Positions 1 through 7,936 of a DNA stretch of 64,000 bases are shown here, in pieces. The notes under the pieces are model-generated. The model was not told the origin of the DNA, did not search any database, and saw only the letters and a list, made by a program, of their open reading frames with translations. The stretch comes from Actinomycetota bacterium (GTDB lineage: Bacteria > Actinomycetota > Acidimicrobiia > Acidimicrobiales > VFJN01): NCBI GenBank assembly GCA_049325515.1, contig JBMOLI010000011.1, positions 25,022 to 89,021 of the forward strand. The letters run 5' to 3'. How positions within the stretch are numbered: position 1 is the first letter of the stretch; every line of letters starts with the position of its first letter. The position numbers and the translations under genes were made by a program.

Positions 1-164
1 GGGAGCAGGACGAGCCGTGCGAGCACCCGACGCTCGAAGTCGTCCACGACGGACCGGTCGCCGAACTCGGAGTCGATGCGCCAGTGGGGCGTCACCGGGC
101 CCAGGTACACGACGCGCGCGTGGGCACGGGGAGGCTCTAGCGGGGCGGGGGCGACGTCAGACAT
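1..164 (-). CDS. hypothetical protein, 5' part only (continues off the left edge)
   Basis: ATG at 164..162 (complement) opens a frame reading MSDVAPAPLEPPRAHARVVYLGPVTPHWRIDSEFGDRSVVDDFERRVLARLVLL... down to position 1. Third codon positions are strongly G/C-biased. It is absent from the ORF track because there is no stop inside the window. No family recognised and no clear SD. Confidence 0.35.
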   Translation of the reverse strand, partial: MSDVAPAPLEPPRAHARVVYLGPVTPHWRIDSEFGDRSVVDDFERRVLARLVLL

Positions 165-223
165 AGGTTTAGAAGGTAGCGGCTCGATGCGTGCAGGCCC
201 CAGTGAGGGGCTCCGTTGCTGCG

Positions 224-1582
<1,359 letters not shown>

Positions 1583-1691
1583 CCGTCCATACTCGTATGT
1601 CGAGCGGCCGATGCGGTCGCGCCCTCCCGCAGATTTTTCGGATTCTTCGACCGATGGCGGAACCAAATCGCCGTCGGCGCCGTAGAAATGG

Positions 1692-1964
1692 GTGTCGACG
1701 CTCGAAGAAGGCGGTTCCATGGAGCTCGAATGGATGGCGCGGGGGTCGTGCGCCAACGTGCCACCGGCCACGTTCTTCCCAAACGACGGTGCCGGCGTCG
1801 AGGTGGCGCGCAAGATTTGCGCAGGTTGTCCCGTTCGTGAGCTCTGCCTCGAGCATGCTCTCGCCCACCGGATCGACCATGGGGTCTGGGGCGGCTGTTC
1901 CGAGCGTGAGCGCCGCCGCATCCTCAAGCGGCGCCGCGACGCCCGGACTGCCTCGATCAGCTAG
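1692..1964 (+). CDS. WhiB family Fe-S transcriptional regulator
   Basis: Four Cys in the WhiB pattern (GSCANV ... ICAGCPVRELC), a GVWGG turn and a basic tail RERRRILKRRR. An alternative ATG at 1719 (MELEWMARGSC) has GAAGGCGG upstream. Confidence 0.9.
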   Translation: MSTLEEGGSMELEWMARGSCANVPPATFFPNDGAGVEVARKICAGCPVRELCLEHALAHRIDHGVWGGCSERERRRILKRRRDARTASIS

Positions 1965-2045
1965 CGACCCAGCGATCGCTTCCCGCGAAGGAGCCTCGCT
2001 CGGGGAACCGCGAGCGGAGCCGCTCACGGCGGTGTGTGGGTTTGA

Positions 2046-2222
2046 TCAGGCCTTCGGGTCTTCGTCGTCAGGCGCGATGGGATCCTTCAGGCCGGCCTTG
2101 AACTCGCTCTGGGCCTTGCCGAGGGATCGAGCCAGCTTCGGCAGCTTGGCGCCGCCGAACAGGACGAGGATCACGAGGAGCACGATGAGGAGCTCAGGGG
2201 CGCCGAGGTTCACGCCGGCCAC
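2046..2222 (-). CDS. tatA: twin-arginine translocase subunit TatA/E (58 aa, below the ORF-track cutoff)
   Basis: Hand translation of the complement from GTG 2222..2220 gives VAGVNLGAPELLIVLLVILVLFGGAKLPKLARSLGKAQSEFKAGLKDPIAPDDEDPKA, ending at a stop at 2048..2046. This is the canonical TatA architecture: an N-terminal TM helix, an FGG-K-LP hinge and an amphipathic helix. An in-frame TGA lies 21 nt upstream, so the GTG is the outermost possible start. Confidence 0.8.
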   Translation of the reverse strand: MAGVNLGAPELLIVLLVILVLFGGAKLPKLARSLGKAQSEFKAGLKDPIAPDDEDPKA

Positions 2223-2280
2223 GGTACCAGCCGGCTGACTTCAGACCCCATCGCGCCGTGATCGGTGCCAGGCTCCTGGC

Positions 2281-3087
2281 ATGCTCGAGTGCGTCATCAA
2301 CATCAGCGAGGGGCGTGACCTCGAGCGCGTCGCACGCATCGCCGCAGCGGCCGCCGACTCGACGCTCGACGTGCACAGCGACGCCCATCACAACCGGTCG
2401 GTGCTGACCATCGTCGGTGAGGCCGAGGCGCGTGAGGTTGCCTCGGTCGCGGTGCGCGAGCTCGACCTGCGAGATCACGAAGGGGTTCACCCGCGCCTCG
2501 GCGTGCTCGACGTGGTGCCGTTCGTGGCGCTCGACGGCTCCACCCCCAAGGACGCGCTGGCGGCTCGTGACGCCTTCGCGGCGTGGTTGAGCGCGACCCA
2601 TGGCGTGCCGTGCTTCCTCTACGGGCCGGAGCGGTCGCTTCCCTTGATCCGTCGCGAGGCATTTCGCTCACTTGCTCCCGACACCGGACCCGAGTCTCCG
2701 CATCCCACCGCGGGAGCCACAGCTGTCGGCCAGCGCGGGCCGTTGGTGGCCTTCAACGTCTGGATCAGCGGCGACTCGCCGGAGGTGGCGCGCCGGGTGG
2801 CTCGTGCGGTTCGAGGGCGCGGCATCCGAGCCCTGGGCCTGCTGGTCGGCGATCGGCTCCAGGTGTCGATGAACCTCATCGATCCCGCCCAGGTCGGCCC
2901 GGCCGCCGCACATGACCGCGTCGTGGCGGCCAGCCGCCAACTAGATGTGGCCGTCGAAGGCGCCGAGCTCGTCGGCCTGCTGCCCGAGGCGGTGCTGCTG
3001 GAGGTGCCGCCTGCGCGTTGGAGAGAGCTGGATCTGGCAGAGGAGCGCACCATCGAGGCGCGCCTCGCCGCTCGGGGCGCCCGCTAG
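2281..3087 (+). CDS. glutamate formimidoyltransferase-like protein (FtcD N-terminal type)
   Basis: The N-terminus MLECVINISEGRD carries the NISEGR signature of formiminotransferase domains. The length (268 aa) fits a stand-alone transferase without the cyclodeaminase part. Confidence 0.75.
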   Translation: MLECVINISEGRDLERVARIAAAAADSTLDVHSDAHHNRSVLTIVGEAEAREVASVAVRELDLRDHEGVHPRLGVLDVVPFVALDGSTPKDALAARDAFAAWLSATHGVPCFLYGPERSLPLIRREAFRSLAPDTGPESPHPTAGATAVGQRGPLVAFNVWISGDSPEVARRVARAVRGRGIRALGLLVGDRLQVSMNLIDPAQVGPAAAHDRVVAASRQLDVAVEGAELVGLLPEAVLLEVPPARWRELDLAEERTIEARLAARGAR

Positions 3088-3090
3088 GCG

Positions 3091-3366
3091 CTAGGCGGTG
3101 GAGGCGCTGCGGCGGGCGAGGGCGCGCTGGCGACGCAGCCGGCGACGCTCGCGCTCGCTCATGCCCCCCCAGATGCCGAACTTCTCCCCGTTGACCAGGG
3201 CGAACTCCAGGCAGTCCTCTCGGACCACGCAGCCTCTGCAGACCTCCTTCGCCTCGCGGGTGGAGGCTCCCCTCTCGGGGAAGAAGAGGTCCGGATCGAC
3301 GCCGAGGCAGTTCGCGTAGTCCTGCCAGGACTTGTCATCAGGCTCGATGGAGATGGGTATCTGCAC
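3091..3366 (-). CDS. WhiB family Fe-S transcriptional regulator (second paralogue)
   Basis: Only the last 91 codons of ORF 3091..3999 look real: VQIPISIEPDDKSWQDYANCLGV...EVCRGCVVREDC...GIWGG...RERRRLRRQR. GTG at 3366..3364 is preceded by GGGAGGAGGG (complement of 3370-3379). Confidence 0.9.
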   Translation of the reverse strand: MQIPISIEPDDKSWQDYANCLGVDPDLFFPERGASTREAKEVCRGCVVREDCLEFALVNGEKFGIWGGMSERERRRLRRQRALARRSASTA

Positions 3367-3593
3367 GTGCCCTCCTCCCGGGGTGGGACGGTGGGTCGGT
3401 CGGACTGGGACGGACTGGCACCTCCGAAGGACGGCGGATACCACATCCGTAATTACATTGTTGTGATCTTGACCGCTCCGAGCGCTGTGCGCAAGGGGGA
3501 GGCCCGGATTTACTGGGTTCCGACGCGAAGTGCGTGCGGCCGCGCGTTCACGGCTCTCCCCCAGTCCGATCGCCTGAGCCGTCCTTGGGACCT

Positions 3594-5630
3594 CTAGGCG
3601 GGGCGGCGGTCGCGTCCTGCGCGCATGGCCCGCTTCTGCTCGATGAAGTCGACGAGGACGTAGTCGCCGAGCGTCTCGGGCGTGGTGAAGAAGGCGCGTC
3701 CCCGGTTCATCTGGGTGAGCTTCTCGACGAAGGCCCGCAGATAGGGCGTGGCGTCGAGCATGAAGGTGTTGATGCGGATGCCTTCCTTCGTGCAGCGGAC
3801 GACCTCGCGCAGGGTGGCGTCGATGGTCTCCTGCACGGGCGGGTAGCTGAAGAAGGGCGCCGACATGCCGGCTTCGAAGTGAGCAGTCGGCTCTCCGTCG
3901 GTGATCATGATGATCTGCTTCGTGCCGCTCTGGCGCGCCAGCATCTGCCGGCTCAGCAAGAAGGCGTGCTGCATGTTGGTGCCGTAGACGAAGTCCCACG
4001 ACACCTCCGGCAGCTGCTCAGGCGTGATCACCCGGGCGACCTCGCTGAAGCCGACCATCCCGAGGTAGTCGCGCGGGAACTGCATCGAGATGAGCGAGTG
4101 GAGCGCCATCGCCACCTTCTTGGCGGCGAGGAAGTTGTCACGCATCGGCATCGAGAGCGACAGGTCGAGCATCAGCACCGTCGAGCTGCGGACGACCTGC
4201 TCGGTCTGCTCGATCTCGAAGTCTTCGGGCGTGAGTCGCACGGGAGTGCCTCCACCGGTGCGACGTATCCCGTTGCGGACCGTGCGTTCGATGTGGAGGT
4301 TGAAGGGGTCTCCGAACTCGTATGGCTTCGTGTCGTACGTGCGCTCATGGCCAGCGCCCGTGCGCTCGATCTCGTGACGTCCGAGCTTGTCGCGAGCGAG
4401 CTTGGAGAAGAGGTCGGCCAAGGCGTTGCGGCCGATCTTGCGCAAGCCCTTCGGGGTGAGCTCGAGCTTGCCCTCCTTGTTGTTGATGAGGCCGGCGTCC
4501 TCCAGCTGCTGAGCCAGCTTGGCCAGCTGCTCGAGGCTGCGGGCGGCATCGTCCCCGAGGAGCTCGCGCGCACGATCGATGTCGACCTCCGCCAGGGCGC
4601 CCGGGCTGGCGGCGCCGCGCATCATCTGCTCGAGCTGGTCGAGGTCGCCCAGCTCGTTCAGCATCTGCGCTGCTTCAGCGAACCCCAACGGGTCCTGACC
4701 TGAGAAGTCGTAGCGGCGGTCCCATCCCATCTGCGGGAAGAGCTGCTGGAGGTGCCCGCCCAGCTGGTCCATCTGCCAACGGAGATCCATGTCCTCGAGC
4801 AGCTGCTCGGACAGGCCCTGGAGCTGCGCTCGCTGCTCCGGGGTCATCGAGTTGAGCATCGACTGCATGGCGGCCATGCGCTGCGCCATGATCTCGAGCA
4901 GCTCGTCGAGCGTCTCTGGGTTCTCCGGGAAGAAGTCGCCGTAGCGCTCCATGAACTGCTCGAAGGCCGCCTGCGTATCCTGGCCCGCCTCCTTCATGGC
5001 GAGCAGGTCGTTGAGGTCGGAGAGCATGTCCTTCATGCGCTGCATGGTCTCGGGACTGATGTCCTGCATGGCGCCGGCCATCTGGTTGAAGTAGCTCTGT
5101 GCCAGCTGCTGGCGCAGCTGGTCCATCAGCTCGTCGAAGCGCTCGCGTGCCTCCGAAGAGGTGAACTCGTACTGCTGGAGCTCCTTCACCATGCCTGCGA
5201 GGTCGGGCGGCAGCATGTCGAGCTGCAGGTTGCGCTCGGCCACGACCTGATCGGTGATCTCCTGACGGCGCTGATCGCCCGACTCGCGGGCCTCTCGCGC
5301 CAGCTCGTCCAAGCCCTGCCGCTCGGTGTCGAGCACCTCCCGCAGCGCTTCTGCGATCTCCTCGTAGACGCCGCCGAGGTCGTGCTGCTCGAGTCGCTCG
5401 CGTCGCTGGCGGCGCAGCCGCTCCATCAGGTCGCGCATGCCCATCAGCTGCTCGTCGTTGCGGTCGCGGAAGCCCTGCTGCATCAGCCGGCGCAGGGCAG
5501 CGTGGAGGTCGCCGTGGTAGAGGAGGTCGTCGGTGATCTCCTCGAGGATCGACTCAGCGTCGAGCTCGAACCCGACCTGGGTGCCGTCCCAGCGCGAATA
5601 GCGGAAGTGGGGTCCGGGCATCGCCCGCAA
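3594..5630 (-). CDS. von Willebrand factor type A (VWA) domain protein with a long coiled/acidic N-terminal region
   Basis: The C-terminal part has the VWA/MIDAS context VLMLDLSLSMPMRD ... IIMITDGEPT. The N-terminal 450 aa are rich in E/R/Q/L helices. This is the usual partner of the AAA ATPase at 6397-7806. Confidence 0.8.
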   Translation of the reverse strand: MRAMPGPHFRYSRWDGTQVGFELDAESILEEITDDLLYHGDLHAALRRLMQQGFRDRNDEQLMGMRDLMERLRRQRRERLEQHDLGGVYEEIAEALREVLDTERQGLDELAREARESGDQRRQEITDQVVAERNLQLDMLPPDLAGMVKELQQYEFTSSEARERFDELMDQLRQQLAQSYFNQMAGAMQDISPETMQRMKDMLSDLNDLLAMKEAGQDTQAAFEQFMERYGDFFPENPETLDELLEIMAQRMAAMQSMLNSMTPEQRAQLQGLSEQLLEDMDLRWQMDQLGGHLQQLFPQMGWDRRYDFSGQDPLGFAEAAQMLNELGDLDQLEQMMRGAASPGALAEVDIDRARELLGDDAARSLEQLAKLAQQLEDAGLINNKEGKLELTPKGLRKIGRNALADLFSKLARDKLGRHEIERTGAGHERTYDTKPYEFGDPFNLHIERTVRNGIRRTGGGTPVRLTPEDFEIEQTEQVVRSSTVLMLDLSLSMPMRDNFLAAKKVAMALHSLISMQFPRDYLGMVGFSEVARVITPEQLPEVSWDFVYGTNMQHAFLLSRQMLARQSGTKQIIMITDGEPTAHFEAGMSAPFFSYPPVQETIDATLREVVRCTKEGIRINTFMLDATPYLRAFVEKLTQMNRGRAFFTTPETLGDYVLVDFIEQKRAMRAGRDRRPA

Positions 5631-5639
5631 CCGTATCCA

Positions 5640-5704
5640 CCAACCAACGTCTGTGAACTCTCCCGGCCGCTATGCGGCCGTGGAGGTTCACAGACGTTGG
5701 TTGG
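5640..5704 (+). repeat. 65-nt palindromic intergenic repeat, copy 1
   Basis: Perfect 19-nt inverted arms CCAACCAACGTCTGTGAAC (5640-5658) and GTTCACAGACGTTGGTTGG (5686-5704) flank the 27-nt core tctcccggccgctatgcggccgtggag, which holds the inner hairpin cggccgc-tat-gcggccg. The strand sign denotes core orientation (arbitrary). Confidence 0.9.
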
Positions 5705-5745
5705 TAAGGGGGAAGGTTCGCGCTCGGAGACGGGTTGAGCACCCT

Positions 5746-6390
5746 GTGCGAGTGGAGATCTGGAGCGACGTCGCCTGCCCGTGGTGCTACGTGGGGCTTG
5801 CTCGGTTCGAGCGGGCGGTCGAAGAGACGGGCGCCGACGTCGAGATCGTGTTCCGTGCCTTCGAGCTCGATCCGTCGGTGCCGACCGGCACGGCCAGCCC
5901 GCCCTTGGTCGAGTACCTCGGTCGCAAGTACGGCGACCTGAGCCGAGTGCGCGCAGCGCACGCGCGCCTCACCGAAGCGGGTGCCTCAGCCGGCATCGAC
6001 TTCCGCTGGGAGGGCATGCGGCGTGCCAACACGTTCGATGCGCATCGGCTGCTCACGTGGGCCCTCGAGAACGAGGGCGCGGCGCGGCAGAGGGACCTCA
6101 AGCTGGCACTGCTGAGGGCCTACTTCTCCGACGGCCTCGACGTGGCCGACCACGAGGTGCTCGCCGACCTCTGCGGCTCGGTCGGCTTGCAGCGCGAGGC
6201 GGCCCTGGCAGTGCTCGATTCGGATCGCTACTCGGCGGAGGTCCGGGCCGAGCGGGCCGAAGCTCATAGCAACGGCATCGCAGCCGTCCCGACCTTCGTC
6301 GTGGAGGGCGAGTGGATGCTGCAAGGCGCGCATGACACCTCCGCGTGGGTGAAGGCCCTCACCCACATGCAGAAGAACCGACTTTCGTAA
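5746..6390 (+). CDS. DsbA family (FrnE-like) thiol:disulfide oxidoreductase
   Basis: VRVEIWSDVACPWCYVGLARFE carries the CPWC thioredoxin-fold active site at the N-terminus typical of DsbA/FrnE proteins. The ORF-track start 5653 reads through repeat copy 1, so I use GTG 5746 (or 5752). Confidence 0.8.
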   Translation: MRVEIWSDVACPWCYVGLARFERAVEETGADVEIVFRAFELDPSVPTGTASPPLVEYLGRKYGDLSRVRAAHARLTEAGASAGIDFRWEGMRRANTFDAHRLLTWALENEGAARQRDLKLALLRAYFSDGLDVADHEVLADLCGSVGLQREAALAVLDSDRYSAEVRAERAEAHSNGIAAVPTFVVEGEWMLQGAHDTSAWVKALTHMQKNRLS

Positions 6391-6396
6391 AGGGGT

Positions 6397-7806
6397 TCAG
6401 GCGCGGGAGCGGTAGGTGGCGCGGGAGCCCGCTGCGTCCTTGTTGAGGCGCTTGGAGAGATGCAGGCCCTCCAACACCAGCTCCACGGCTGACGCCACCG
6501 AGGCCGCCGACTCGTCGCCGCCGGTGAGTGCGGTGACGGCGTCGCGCAAGGCGGGCTGCTGTTCGAGCAGGGCGACGTACTCGGCTGAGGTGACGTCCTC
6601 TCCTGTGTGGACCACCGCTCCCTCGTCGAAGCTCGACACGATGGGCCGGAACTGCTCTGGGCTGAAGCGCTCCTTGAAGACGGTGAGCACGGCGGCCTTC
6701 ACGAGGTTCTCCGCGATCTGCGCATCACGCCCCTCCTCCAGCGCCTCGATCTCGATCTTGCCCATCATCGAGGCGGGAAGAGCATCGAGATCGCTCACGC
6801 GCGGCGACACCTCCCGCTCCCCGTGCCGCAGCGCACGGCGGGCGGCGTTGGCGACCATCACCTCGTGGTTGGTGATCGTGAAGCGCACCGACACGCCGGA
6901 GCGCTGGTTGATGTGGGGGCTCGACCTGGCCAGGTGCGAGAGCGTGGCCGCGATCTCGGTCATGTAGTCGGGTACCGAGACTCGGATGCCCTCCGCCGCC
7001 AGCGGCGACGCCTCCTGCAGCGCGATCGCCACCTCGGTGCCGACCTCGAGCGGGTAGTGGGTGCGGATCTGCGAGCCGAACCGGTCCTTCAGCGGAGTGA
7101 TGATGCGACCGCGGTTCGTGTAGTCCTCGGGGTTGGCCGATGCGAACAGGATCAGGTCGAGCGGCAGGTTGATCTTGTAGCCGCGCACCTGGATGTCGCG
7201 CTCCTCGAGCACGTTGAGGAGGCCGACCTGGATGCGCTCGGCAAGATCGGGCAGCTCGTTGATGGCGAAGATCCCGCGGTTGGTGCGCGGCACCAACCCG
7301 TAGTGAAGCGTCAGCTCGTCGGACAGGTAGCGGCCTTCCGCCACCTTGATCGGGTCGACCTCGCCGATCAGGTCTGCGATCGAGGTGTCTGGCGTGGCCA
7401 GCTTCTCGCCGTATCGGCGGCTCCTGTGCACCCACTCGATCGGCGCGTCGTCGCCGTGCTCGAGCACCAGCTCCCGCGCGTGGCGCGACACAGGCGCATA
7501 GGGATCGTCGTTGATCTCCGACCCTGCGACGATCGGCATCCACTCGTCCAGCAGGTCGACGAGGGCGCGGATCATCCGGGTCTTCGCCTGTCCTCGCTCG
7601 CCCAGGAAGATCACGTCGTGACCGGCGATGAGGGCGTTCTCGAGCTGCGGCAGAACCGTGTCCTCGTAGCCGAGCACGACCGGGAAGAGCTGCTCGCCGG
7701 ACTGGATCCTCGAGATGGCGTTGCGGCGGAGCTCTTCCTTCACGGGCACGGACGTCCAGCCCGAGTCGCGGAGCTGGCCGAGCGTGGCAGGGGCGGGGTG
7801 GTTCAT
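6397..7806 (-). CDS. AAA+ ATPase, magnesium-chelatase ChlI/sigma-54-interaction-domain-like
   Basis: Walker A-like FLGERGQAKTRMIRAL, Walker B-like RGIFAINELPDL, and the text LNVLEERDIQVRGY typical of ChlI/MoxR-type ATPases. Start taken at MNHPAPATLGQL (ATG 7806) to leave a divergent promoter gap before 7937. Confidence 0.8.
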   Translation of the reverse strand: MNHPAPATLGQLRDSGWTSVPVKEELRRNAISRIQSGEQLFPVVLGYEDTVLPQLENALIAGHDVIFLGERGQAKTRMIRALVDLLDEWMPIVAGSEINDDPYAPVSRHARELVLEHGDDAPIEWVHRSRRYGEKLATPDTSIADLIGEVDPIKVAEGRYLSDELTLHYGLVPRTNRGIFAINELPDLAERIQVGLLNVLEERDIQVRGYKINLPLDLILFASANPEDYTNRGRIITPLKDRFGSQIRTHYPLEVGTEVAIALQEASPLAAEGIRVSVPDYMTEIAATLSHLARSSPHINQRSGVSVRFTITNHEVMVANAARRALRHGEREVSPRVSDLDALPASMMGKIEIEALEEGRDAQIAENLVKAAVLTVFKERFSPEQFRPIVSSFDEGAVVHTGEDVTSAEYVALLEQQPALRDAVTALTGGDESAASVASAVELVLEGLHLSKRLNKDAAGSRATYRSRA

Positions 7807-7936
7807 GCCGGCCAACCTATCGCCGTGCCGGATCGGCTTCCCCGGCGCGCCCCGACGCAACGCCGGGTCGACCGGGAGCTCCTTCGCAGAGCACCCGGGA
7901 TCGGGCCAGCAGACGGCCCTATAGCCTCCTGCCTCC

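Noticed and set aside
3367-3999. N-terminal 211 codons of ORF 3091..3999
   Set aside because: WhiB proteins are about 80-120 aa. A GTG with a perfect SD sits at 3366, and the upstream part overlaps the VWA gene 3' end and has no coding character.
5653-5745. ORF-track start of the DsbA gene (MNSPGRYAAVEVHRRWLV...)
   Set aside because: These codons are the translated palindromic repeat. The same pseudo-peptides (HRRWLV, TNVCEP, SQTLV) appear in spurious ORFs at every repeat copy.
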